Positions 19,355 to 28,168 of a DNA stretch of 64,000 bases are shown here, piece by piece. A model generated the notes under the pieces. That model was not told the DNA's origin and ran no database searches. It saw only the letters and a program-made list of their open reading frames with translations. The position numbers were made by a program, and so were the translations under genes. Positions within the stretch are counted from its first letter, which is position 1, and the number at the start of each line of letters is the position of its first letter. The DNA is from Elusimicrobiota bacterium (lineage in GTDB: Bacteria > Elusimicrobiota > Elusimicrobia > Elusimicrobiales > UBA9959), in contig WOVA01000006.1 of NCBI GenBank assembly GCA_009773155.1, positions 56,293-120,292 on the forward strand, written 5' to 3'.

Positions 19355-19738
19355 TCACTCCGGCTGCGCCGCCAGCAGGGCCTTCACCTTGTTATCCATC
19401 TCCTCCAGCGCGAACGGTTTCTGGATGGTTTCGCTGGCCCCGCTGAGGAAGGCGATACCCTTCTCGCTGGCGATATCGCGCGAGGTCATGATTATGATCT
19501 TGGGCGCGGCCTGCCCCAGGCGTCCGGTCACCTCGTTGGCCACGTGGTAGCCGTCCATGTAGGGCATCATCACGTCGAGCAGCGCGAGGTCGAACTTCTC
19601 CTCCTGCAGCCGCTGCACGGCGTCCTTGCCGTTGGTCACCACCTCCACCTGGTAGCCCTGGCCGCAGAAATAGGACTCCAGCAGGTCCGCCAGGTCCGGG
19701 TCATCGTCCGCTATCAGGATGCGCTTTCCACCTGCCAT
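19355..19738 (-). CDS. Single-domain response regulator (receiver)
   Basis: ILIADDD, LLDVMMP..DG, TS, KPF. Confidence 0.92.
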   Translation of the reverse strand: MAGGKRILIADDDPDLADLLESYFCGQGYQVEVVTNGKDAVQRLQEEKFDLALLDVMMPYMDGYHVANEVTGRLGQAAPKIIIMTSRDIASEKGIAFLSGASETIQKPFALEEMDNKVKALLAAQPE

Positions 19739-22700
19739 GTCTTCTCTCCCAGTACCGCCTCGATATCCTTGAAAAGCTTCTCGTCGAGCGCCACCCGCTC
19801 GCTCATCTCCACCACGTATTTACCGCTGCCCCTGGTGTCCAGGCGCAGATAGACCGGCACCCCGCCGTGATGCCTGCCCAGCGCGGACCTGAGCGCCGCG
19901 AGCTGCTTGTCGTCGAGCAGGTTGGCGTCGGAGAGGAAGACCACCAGGTTCTTCCCCCACTTGCCGAAGGCCTCTCCCATCTCGGAGACCTCGTCGGCCA
20001 GGATCTCGAAGCCGCCTTCGCCGAAATTGGATTCGTTGACCTGCCCCTGCACCAGCACTATCTGGTTGGGGACCAGGTATTTGGAATAGAGCGCGTACTG
20101 CCGCGGGAACATAGTGGCGCTGATGCTGCCGGAGAGGTCCTCCAGTTCGAAGCGGGCCATCGGGTCGCCCTTCTTGGTCGTGATGTTCTTGACCTGCAGT
20201 ATCATGCCGCCCAGGCGCACGGCGCTGCCCTTTTTGTAACCGCCGGCGGAGACCTTTTCCACGCTGGCCGTGGTCAGCATGGCCATCTGCCGGCGCAGGC
20301 TGGTAAGCGGGTGGCCCGACAGGTAGAAGCCCAGCACTTCCTTCTCGTTCTTGAGCAGGTCGTGCTCGCTGAGGGCCGGGGCCGGTCCTTCGGCTGAAGT
20401 GTCCTTCCGCGCCAGGCTGTCGGCGCCGAAAAGCATGTCCTGCGACTCGTCGCAGGCCTTTTTGGGCTTCGACAGGGAGCCGGCGGCCTTCTCGGCGGCG
20501 GCCAGGGCGCGCGCCCGGCGCTCTTCCGCTTTAAGGTCCTTGAAAAAAGAATCGAAAGCCCCGGCCCTGGCGGCCGATTCCAGCACCCTCTTGTTGAGCT
20601 GGCGCCCTTCCATGCGGCAGACCAGGTCGGATACGGTCTTGAAAGGCCCGTTAGCCCCGCGCTCGGCGGCTATCTCCTGCACCACGCCCGAACCGACGTT
20701 CTTTATCGCGGTCATCGCGAAGCGCAGCGCCGTCTTCCCGTCCCGCCTTTCCAGCGAGAATATGGCGCCGGAGCGGTTTATATCCGGACCCAGCACCTCG
20801 AGCCCCATCTCCTGGGCCTCTTCGACGTAGGTCACGATCTTGTTCTCCTTGCCGCCCTCTTCGTCGACCGGGCTGTGGCCTATCTCGCTGGTCAGCAGCG
20901 AGGCCATGAACTCGGCCGGGAAATTGGCCTTGAGCCAGGCGGTCTGGTAGGCGACCAGCGCGTAGGCTACGGAATGCGACTTGTTGAAGCCGTAGCCCGC
21001 GAACTTGGCCATATCGTCGTAGATCTTGGCGGCGAGCTTAGAGGGGATGTCGTTCTTCTTGCAGCCGTCCACGAACATCAGGCGCATCTTCTCCATCGCC
21101 TCGGGGTTCTTCTTGCCCATGGCCTTGCGCAGGCCGTCGGCCTCGCCGGGGGTGAAACCGGCCAGCCGCTTGGAGATCTCCATCACCTGCTCCTGGTAGA
21201 CCATGGTGCCGTAGGTATCCCTGAGCGCGTCTTCCATGAGCTGGTGATCGTAAACGACCTTCTTGCGGCCGTGCTTGCGGTCCACGAACATCTCGAGCAT
21301 GCCGCTCTGTATGGGGCCGGGCCGGTAGAGCGCGACCAGCGCCGAGATATCGCTGAAGACCGACGGTTTGAGGCTCTTGACCAGCTTCTTCATGCCGTCC
21401 GATTCCAGCTGGAACACGCCGGTGGTGCGGCCCTCGGAGAGCAGGCCGAAGGCCTTCTTGTCGTCGAGCAGGATGCTGTAGATGTCGAAACCCTTGTCCC
21501 CGGCGGCGCGTATCATGGCGGCGGCCGACTCTATAACGGTAAGCGTGCGCAGCCCGAGGAAGTCCATCTTCAGGAGGCCGAGATTGCCCAGCTGGTTGCC
21601 GTCGTACTGGGTGGTAACCACGTTCTTGTTGTTCTTGTTGGAGAGCGGCACGTACCTGGTCACCGCCTCTCGCGTGATCACGACGCCGGCCGCGTGCACG
21701 CCGGGCTGGCGCTTGAGGCCCTCCACCTTGAAGGCCATCTCGAAGAGCTTCTTGATCTTGGGGTCCTTCTGGGCGTCGCGCAGTTCCTGCACCTCGGCCA
21801 CTACCTTGGCCAGCGGCTCGTTGTTGGGGATCAGTTTGCAGAGCGCGTTGACGTCGGCCAGCGGCACGTCCATCACGCGGCCCATGTCCTTGAGGGCGCT
21901 CTTGGCCTTGATGGAGTTGTAGGTGATTATGTTGGCGACATTGTCGCGGCCGTAGCGCTGCCGCACGTACTCTATGACCTCGTCGCGGCCCTTGTCGGAG
22001 AAGTCGATGTCCAGGTCGGGCATGCTCTTGCGGTCCGGGTTGAGGAACCGCTCGAAGAGGAGGCCGTGGACCAGCGGGTCCACGCGCGTTATGTCCAGCG
22101 CGTAGGCGACCAGCGAGCCCGCGCCCGAGCCGCGGCCGGGGCCGACCGGGATGCCGACCGAGCGCGCGTGCCTTATGAAATCCATCACGATCAGGAAGTA
22201 GCTTGGGAAGCCCATCCTCTTTATGACCCCGAGCTCGAAGTCGAGGCGCTCCAGGTAGTTAGCGGGGGCCTTGCCCACTTTGACCTTCAGGCCTTCCAGG
22301 CAGAGGTCGCGCAGATAGTCGAACTGTCCCTCGGTCCCGGACTTGTAGTTCGCGGGCGGGTTGAAGATGGGGAAGACGAAGTCGCCGGTGTTTATCTTCA
22401 CGTTGCAGCGCGTGGCTATCTCGAGCGTGTTCCTGACCGCCTCCGGGGTGTGCGAGAACAGCTCTATCATCTCCTCCGGGCTCTTGTAATAGAACTCGTG
22501 GGTGCTCATGCGCATCCGGTCCTCGTCCTGTATCAGGCGGCCGGTGGCTATGCAGAGCTGCGCGTCGTGCGCCTCCCAGTCCTCGCGTTTGGGGTAATGG
22601 CAATCGTTGGTGGCCACGACCGGCAGGCCCATCTTCTTCGAGAGCTCCAGCAGGCCCTTCATGGCCGCCCGCTCCTCGGGGATGCCGTGGTCCATCAGCT

Positions 22701-23253
22701 CGAGATAGAAATTATCCTTGCCCATTATCGCGGCGTACTCGGCCGCGCGCCGCTCGGCCGAAGCCATGTCGCCGGAGGCGCAGGCCCGGGCCACGTGCGA
22801 TTTCAGACAGCCGGACATCGCGATGAGCCCGCCGTGATATTTATCGAGCAGTTCCAGGTCTATGCGGGGGTCGTGGTAGAAACCCTCCAGAAAGGCCCGG
22901 GAGACCAGCTCCAGCAGGTTCTGGTAGCCCTCGTTGTTCTCCGCCAGCAGGGTCAGGTGTCCGTTGTCGCGGCGGTTGGAGGTGGCCTTATCCTTGTCCA
23001 GCCGCGAGCCCTTGGCCACGTAGACCTCGCAGCCGATTATCGGCTTTATCCCGGCGGCCGAGGCCGTATTGTAGAACTCCAGCGCCCCGTACATATTGCC
23101 GTGGTCGGTGAGCGCCATCGCGGGCACCCGCCTGTCGGAGAGTTCCTTCAGGAAGGCCGACGGCTTGCCGTGCCCGTCAGTGACGCGCAGCATTCCGTCG
23201 AGCATGGAATACTCGGAATGATTGTGAAGGTGTATAAAGCCGGAGGATTTCAT
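19714..23253 (-). CDS. dnaE: DNA polymerase III alpha subunit
   Basis: HLHNHSEYSMLDG (PHP domain), GPGRGSGAGS, PDLDIDF, GLLKMDFLGL, YGFNKSHS, C-terminal OB fold; start re-called to ATG 23253. Confidence 0.98.
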   Translation of the reverse strand: MKSSGFIHLHNHSEYSMLDGMLRVTDGHGKPSAFLKELSDRRVPAMALTDHGNMYGALEFYNTASAAGIKPIIGCEVYVAKGSRLDKDKATSNRRDNGHLTLLAENNEGYQNLLELVSRAFLEGFYHDPRIDLELLDKYHGGLIAMSGCLKSHVARACASGDMASAERRAAEYAAIMGKDNFYLELMDHGIPEERAAMKGLLELSKKMGLPVVATNDCHYPKREDWEAHDAQLCIATGRLIQDEDRMRMSTHEFYYKSPEEMIELFSHTPEAVRNTLEIATRCNVKINTGDFVFPIFNPPANYKSGTEGQFDYLRDLCLEGLKVKVGKAPANYLERLDFELGVIKRMGFPSYFLIVMDFIRHARSVGIPVGPGRGSGAGSLVAYALDITRVDPLVHGLLFERFLNPDRKSMPDLDIDFSDKGRDEVIEYVRQRYGRDNVANIITYNSIKAKSALKDMGRVMDVPLADVNALCKLIPNNEPLAKVVAEVQELRDAQKDPKIKKLFEMAFKVEGLKRQPGVHAAGVVITREAVTRYVPLSNKNNKNVVTTQYDGNQLGNLGLLKMDFLGLRTLTVIESAAAMIRAAGDKGFDIYSILLDDKKAFGLLSEGRTTGVFQLESDGMKKLVKSLKPSVFSDISALVALYRPGPIQSGMLEMFVDRKHGRKKVVYDHQLMEDALRDTYGTMVYQEQVMEISKRLAGFTPGEADGLRKAMGKKNPEAMEKMRLMFVDGCKKNDIPSKLAAKIYDDMAKFAGYGFNKSHSVAYALVAYQTAWLKANFPAEFMASLLTSEIGHSPVDEEGGKENKIVTYVEEAQEMGLEVLGPDINRSGAIFSLERRDGKTALRFAMTAIKNVGSGVVQEIAAERGANGPFKTVSDLVCRMEGRQLNKRVLESAARAGAFDSFFKDLKAEERRARALAAAEKAAGSLSKPKKACDESQDMLFGADSLARKDTSAEGPAPALSEHDLLKNEKEVLGFYLSGHPLTSLRRQMAMLTTASVEKVSAGGYKKGSAVRLGGMILQVKNITTKKGDPMARFELEDLSGSISATMFPRQYALYSKYLVPNQIVLVQGQVNESNFGEGGFEILADEVSEMGEAFGKWGKNLVVFLSDANLLDDKQLAALRSALGRHHGGVPVYLRLDTRGSGKYVVEMSERVALDEKLFKDIEAVLGEKTWQVESAS

Positions 23254-23286
23254 GTTGGGACAGAGATAATTATATAATTTATAAAC

Positions 23287-23877
23287 GTGGCCCACAAAAG
23301 AATACCAAAGGCCGCCCGCCGCGGGGGCCTCCCCGGCCTGCGGGAGACCTGGACCAGGACCCTCCAGCGGGTGCCCGGCAAAGCGGTCTCCTTCCGCGTG
23401 GACGAGGTGCGCCTGCCCAACGGCAGGAAGGCCCTGCGCGCCTACCTGGAGCACATAGGGGCGGTGGCGGTGCTGCCCGTCCTGGACGACGGGCGGATAG
23501 TGTTCGTCCGACAGCACCGCTACCCCGTCGGGCAGGACACCCTCGAGATCCCGGCCGGCAAGCTGAACGGTCCCGGCGACGCTCCCGCCGCGCGCGCCAG
23601 GGCGGAGCTGAGAGAGGAGACCGGCTATACGGCCTCCGGCCTGACCAGGCTGATGTCCTTCTGGCCCAGCACGGCCTTCTCCACGGAAACACTCCACGTC
23701 TACCTGGCCCGGGGCCTGAAAAAAGGCTCCCCCTGCCCGGACGAGGACGAATTCGTGGACGCCGAAATACTGACTTTCAAAAAAGCCTGGACGCTGGTGC
23801 GGAGCGGCCGCATAAAGGACGCCAAGACCGTGATCGCGCTGCAGGCGTGGAAGATAAAGGAGCTAGAAAACAGATGA
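23287..23877 (+). CDS. NUDIX hydrolase (ADP-ribose pyrophosphatase-like)
   Basis: EIPAGK...ARAELREETG Nudix box, DEDE, IKDAKT. Confidence 0.9.
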   Translation: MAHKRIPKAARRGGLPGLRETWTRTLQRVPGKAVSFRVDEVRLPNGRKALRAYLEHIGAVAVLPVLDDGRIVFVRQHRYPVGQDTLEIPAGKLNGPGDAPAARARAELREETGYTASGLTRLMSFWPSTAFSTETLHVYLARGLKKGSPCPDEDEFVDAEILTFKKAWTLVRSGRIKDAKTVIALQAWKIKELENR

Positions 23878-25853
23878 AATCCGACAACATCGACGAACTC
23901 TGCGTGAACACCCTCAGGACCCTCTCGATAGACATGGTGGGCCGGGCCGACTCCGGCCATCCCGGACTGCCGCTGGGAGCGGCGCCGCTGGCCTACGCCG
24001 TCTGGGCCGGCCATCTCAAATTCTCCCCCGCCGACCCGCTGTGGGCCGACAGGGACCGCTTCGTCCTTTCCGCCGGCCACGGCTCCTCCCTGCTCTATTC
24101 CATCCTGCACTCCTACGGCTTCGGCCTGGAGATGGAGGAGCTCAGGAACTTCCGCCAGCTGGGCAGCCGCACGCCGGGCCATCCCGAGCACGGCCACACC
24201 CCGGGCGTGGAGACCACCACCGGCCCGCTGGGGCAGGGCTTCGCCAACGCGGTCGGCATGGCGCTGGCCGAAAAGCTGCTGGCGGAGAAGCTCAACACGC
24301 CCGAGTTCAGCCCGGTGGACCATCACACCTACGCGCTGGCCGGCGACGGCGACCTGATGGAGGGCCTGAGCTACGAGGCGGCCTCGCTGGCCGGGACCAT
24401 GAAGCTGGGCAAGCTCATCTGCCTCTACGACTCCAACGGCATAACGATAGAGGGTTCCACGGACCTGGCCTTCACCGAGGACGTGAAGAAGCGGTTCCAG
24501 GCCCAGGAATGGCAGGTCATCGAAGTGGCCGACGGCAACAGCCTCGCGGAGCTCGACTCGGCCATCCGCAAGGCGAAGCGCGAGACGGAGAAGCCGTCGC
24601 TGATAATCGCGCGCACTCACATCGGCTTCGGCAGTCCCAAACAGGGCAAAAGCAGCGTGCACGGCGAGCCGCTCAAACCCGAGGAGATAGCCGCCACCAA
24701 GCGGACCCTGGGCTGCCCCCCCGACGAACCGTTCTGCATGCCGGAGGAGGCCCGCGCCCGCTTCGCGGAGACGGCCGCCGCCGGGGAACGCGGCAGGAAG
24801 AAATGGCTCAAGCTCTGGAAAAAATACAGTTCGGCCCATCCCGACAAGGCCGGGCTGGCCACGGCCATGCTGGGCGGCGAGGTGCCGGAAGATCTCTTCA
24901 AAGTGCCGGAAACTTTCTTCGAGAAACCGGTCGCCACGCGCGAGGCCTCCGGCAAGGTCATCAACCTCATGGCCGACAGACTGCCGGGGCTGACCGGCGG
25001 CGCGGCCGACCTCGGCCCGTCGACCAAGACCGATTTCACTAAGGAACCCGGCCGTACGCTGCATTTCGGCATACGCGAGCACGCCATGGGCTCCATACTC
25101 AACGGCCTGGCCCTGCACGGCGGGCTTATCCCGTTCGGCGCCACCTTCCTGGTCTTCTCCGACTATATGCGCCCAGCGCTGCGGCTGGCGGCCCTGATGC
25201 GGGCGCCGGCGGTCTTCGTCTTCACGCACGACGGCATCGGCGTGGGAGAGGACGGCCCCACCCATCAGCCCGTCGAGCACCTCATGAGCCTGCGCCTGAT
25301 ACCCGGCCTGCTCGTCCTGCGGCCGGCCGACGCCTGGGAGACGCTCTACGCCTGGGAGGCGGCCGTCAGGACCCGCCGCCCGGTCTGCCTGGCCCTGTCC
25401 CGCCAGAAGCTGCCGCTGCTGACGCAGTTCAGGGCGAAGGCGGCCGAAGGAGTGAAGCGCGGCGGCTACATACTCAAGGAGGCCGTGGAGACCCCCGACG
25501 TCGAGCTGATAGCCACCGGCTCGGAGGTCGAGCTGGCGCTGGAAGCCGCCGGCCTGCTGGACAAGAAGGGAATAGCGGCGCGCGTGGTGTCGATGCCCTC
25601 CTTCGAACTTTTCAGGGAACAGCCGGCCGACTATCGCGAAAAGGTCCTGTCTCCGGGCACGCCCAAACTCGCCGTGGAGGCGGGCAGGACCGTGGGCTGG
25701 AAGGACCTGGCGGGGACCGAGACCGCCGCGCTGGGAGTAGAGACTTTCGGCAGATCAGCGCCGGCCGGGAAGTTGTACGCCGACATGGGACTTACCGCGC
25801 AGAAGATAGCGGAGGAGGCCGCCGCGCTGACCAAGGGCAGAATGAAGACCTGA
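23874..25853 (+). CDS. tkt: Transketolase
   Basis: SGHPG, DRDRFVLSAGH, GHPE, TGPLGQG, GDGDLMEG, FGIREH, EDGPTHQP; start ATG 23874 overlaps the upstream TGA. Confidence 0.97.
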   Translation: MKSDNIDELCVNTLRTLSIDMVGRADSGHPGLPLGAAPLAYAVWAGHLKFSPADPLWADRDRFVLSAGHGSSLLYSILHSYGFGLEMEELRNFRQLGSRTPGHPEHGHTPGVETTTGPLGQGFANAVGMALAEKLLAEKLNTPEFSPVDHHTYALAGDGDLMEGLSYEAASLAGTMKLGKLICLYDSNGITIEGSTDLAFTEDVKKRFQAQEWQVIEVADGNSLAELDSAIRKAKRETEKPSLIIARTHIGFGSPKQGKSSVHGEPLKPEEIAATKRTLGCPPDEPFCMPEEARARFAETAAAGERGRKKWLKLWKKYSSAHPDKAGLATAMLGGEVPEDLFKVPETFFEKPVATREASGKVINLMADRLPGLTGGAADLGPSTKTDFTKEPGRTLHFGIREHAMGSILNGLALHGGLIPFGATFLVFSDYMRPALRLAALMRAPAVFVFTHDGIGVGEDGPTHQPVEHLMSLRLIPGLLVLRPADAWETLYAWEAAVRTRRPVCLALSRQKLPLLTQFRAKAAEGVKRGGYILKEAVETPDVELIATGSEVELALEAAGLLDKKGIAARVVSMPSFELFREQPADYREKVLSPGTPKLAVEAGRTVGWKDLAGTETAALGVETFGRSAPAGKLYADMGLTAQKIAEEAAALTKGRMKT

Positions 25854-25854
25854 G

Positions 25855-26940
25855 TTAAATGGCCCGCGCCCGACGCAGTCCCCATATCCCCAGGGCGAGG
25901 AAGACAAGCAGCGGTCCGAAGGCCGCCGTCAGGGGCCCTACCATCTCCACCTGCCCGGCGGACTGGCCGAACATCATGGCGGCCCAGAGCAGGAAGCCGG
26001 AGCCTATCGCGATCCCCAGGTTGAACAGCTTGCCGTGGCTGCCCAGCAGCAGCACCACGGCCGCGCCCAGCAGCGCCATGACGGGATTAGCCAGCGGCGC
26101 CGCCAGCTTTCCCCAGAAAACGGTCATCTCCTCGGCCGCCGGGGCGCCGATGAAGCGCAGCCTCTTTACCCGCAGAAGAAGCCCGCGCATGGAAATACCC
26201 TCGGGCACCAGCTTGTCTATCACCATGCTTCCGGGCGGCAGGGAGATCTCCGAGAGATGTTCCGCCCGGCTGGACACGGCCGGTCCCGAAGGCAGATATT
26301 CGGTCACGGAGGCGCCGTTGAACACCCAGCGCAGCCGGCCCGGGTCCCATACCGCCGACTCCGCCGCTATCTCACCGATAAGTTCCCTGTCCCTGTAAAA
26401 ATCTGCGGAAACCTTCTCCATCCTGCCCGCTCCGCCGTCGAAGACCCTGGCGGACAGGAAGACGCCGCCGCCCACGGAGAAGGAGACGTCCCGCTGCACC
26501 AGCCTGCGCCAGTCGCGGCTGCCGCGCAGGTCCTCGTAATACAGTTCCTGCGCCTTCATGTAAGCCGGCGGCACCAGCAGCTCCTGCACGGCCAGGTGTA
26601 GCGCGGCGGCGCCCAGCGAGCAGGCCAGCAGCGGCGCCAGCATCTGCGCCGGCCTGTAGCCGCCGGCCAGCCCGGCCTTCCACTCCCCCCTCGACATCAG
26701 GTCCCCGAGCGCGAAAAGAGCGGCCATGAGCGTGGCCATGGGTATCACCCTGGCGGCGAAGTAAGGCGAATGCAGCGCTATATACGAGAGGAAGAGCCCG
26801 GCCCCCGCGTCGTTGCGGCTGAAGACGGCCAGTTTGTCGAAAGCCGTGCCGAACATGATCAGCGCCAGGAAAACGCCCAGCCCGAAGGCGAAAGGGCCCC
26901 AGAAAAGCGAAGCGACGTACCTGAAGAATACCTTTTTCAT
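25855..26940 (-). CDS. lptG: LPS export ABC permease LptG (LptF/LptG family)
   Basis: YjgP/Q-family topology, GE...LAGG.RP motif, tandem with lptF (ATGA overlap at 26937-26940). Confidence 0.75.
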   Translation of the reverse strand: MKKVFFRYVASLFWGPFAFGLGVFLALIMFGTAFDKLAVFSRNDAGAGLFLSYIALHSPYFAARVIPMATLMAALFALGDLMSRGEWKAGLAGGYRPAQMLAPLLACSLGAAALHLAVQELLVPPAYMKAQELYYEDLRGSRDWRRLVQRDVSFSVGGGVFLSARVFDGGAGRMEKVSADFYRDRELIGEIAAESAVWDPGRLRWVFNGASVTEYLPSGPAVSSRAEHLSEISLPPGSMVIDKLVPEGISMRGLLLRVKRLRFIGAPAAEEMTVFWGKLAAPLANPVMALLGAAVVLLLGSHGKLFNLGIAIGSGFLLWAAMMFGQSAGQVEMVGPLTAAFGPLLVFLALGIWGLRRARAI

Positions 26941-28058
26941 CTGAAACTCAGTTTCCTGCGCCACAGCCAGGCCCCCGCGAGCGCGCCGGCCGCGGTGGGG
27001 GCCATCATGGCCCAGGGGAATAAAGAGGGGTCCTTGCGGCTCAGGACCATGCCGCCCACGGTCAGGCCGTAATAAAGGAATATGACCAGCAGGCTGGCCG
27101 CGAAGCCCGACGAGCGGGCCTTGGAATCAAGGACCAGGCCCAGCGGGGCGCCGAGCAGGAAGAACACCAGCGGCGCCAGCGCCACGGAAATACGGCTGAC
27201 TATCTCCATCCTGTAGCGCAGGTCCAGCCCGGCCTCAGCCACGCCGGCGGACAGCCTGCCCAGCAGCGCCGGAGTGGTCAGCTCGCGCGGGCGCAGCTGG
27301 CGGGCCTCGGCGTCGCCCGAAAAGAAGGGGATCAGCGTGCGGTAGGAAGAGAAGCCTCCGTGCATGAGCCTGGTCCTGGCGGAGAAGGCCGACTGGCTCA
27401 GCGTCCCGTCGTCCAGCTCGATCTTTATCCCCAGCGCGGGCGCCACGCCGTAGCGGCCCTGCGCGGCGCTTATCCTCATCAGTTGCGGTTCCGACCCGGC
27501 CCGCTGCACGCGCCGCGTCAGCTTGACGCCGGCCAGCCGTCCCGTGACCGGGTCGGCCTCGTCGGCGTAGAAAGTCCAGTCCGCGATCCTGCGGAAGGTG
27601 CGGGGGCGCAGTTCGATATGGGTTATGCGCGAAGCCATCGCTTCGACGTAATCGTTGGAGCGCTTGAGCCCCCGCGGCCCGGCCCAACCGCCCAGCGCGG
27701 CCGTCAGCAGCGCCGCGGCCGCCGCCGCCCAGATCAGCGGCGAGAGTATGCGCCCGAAGGAGAAACCGGCGGCGCGCAGCGCCATTATCTCGCCGTCGCG
27801 CGAGAGCTGACCCAGGCTCATCAGCAGCGCCATCAGGAAGGCGATCGGCACCACCAGCGCCAGCACATTGGGCAGCAGGTGCAGCAGCGTGCGGGACATG
27901 AGCAGGAAAGAGAAACCCTGCAGGACCCCCTCGTGCAGTATCTGGAGGAAGTTCACCATCACGATGAGCGCGGAAAAGATAAAAACGGAAAGCAGGAAAA
28001 AGCCGCCGAAGACCCCGAGCACGTAGCGCTGCGCGACAGTTATCCTCATCATTTTCAT
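26937..28058 (-). CDS. lptF: LPS export ABC permease LptF (LptF/LptG family)
   Basis: LPNVLALVVPIAFL, LSRDGEIMALRAAG, LGAPLG. Start is one of the ATGs at 28058, 28052 or 28049. Confidence 0.8.
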   Translation of the reverse strand: MKMMRITVAQRYVLGVFGGFFLLSVFIFSALIVMVNFLQILHEGVLQGFSFLLMSRTLLHLLPNVLALVVPIAFLMALLMSLGQLSRDGEIMALRAAGFSFGRILSPLIWAAAAAALLTAALGGWAGPRGLKRSNDYVEAMASRITHIELRPRTFRRIADWTFYADEADPVTGRLAGVKLTRRVQRAGSEPQLMRISAAQGRYGVAPALGIKIELDDGTLSQSAFSARTRLMHGGFSSYRTLIPFFSGDAEARQLRPRELTTPALLGRLSAGVAEAGLDLRYRMEIVSRISVALAPLVFFLLGAPLGLVLDSKARSSGFAASLLVIFLYYGLTVGGMVLSRKDPSLFPWAMMAPTAAGALAGAWLWRRKLSFR

Positions 28059-28105
28059 TTTATTATATATTTTGATTATAATACTACGATAGACCGCATC
28101 AGCGG

Positions 28106-28130
28106 GGGACACCATGCGGCATGGTGTCCC
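28106..28130. repeat. Family-2 palindrome GGGACACCATG-CGG-CATGGTGTCCC (perfect 11-bp stem)
   Basis: Near-identical copy at 56774-56800 and a degenerate copy at 49148-49174. Confidence 0.85.
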
Positions 28131-28168
28131 GGTACCATTTGCCGCCGCGCTTTCTCGTTTATTATTAC

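Noticed and set aside
20875-23277. Long antisense/alternate-frame ORFs (e.g. 541-2568, 20875-23277, 29180-32140, 57655-60054, 17436-19274)
   Set aside because: They are shadows of well-supported genes, produced by GC-rich third-position bias. They have no recognisable motifs and no independent start signals.
19714-23697. Possible intein or N-terminal extension in dnaE (1327-aa ORF)
   Set aside because: The extra length is an upstream open frame overlapping the NUDIX gene. From ATG 23253 the protein is a normal ~1180 aa with no intein motifs.
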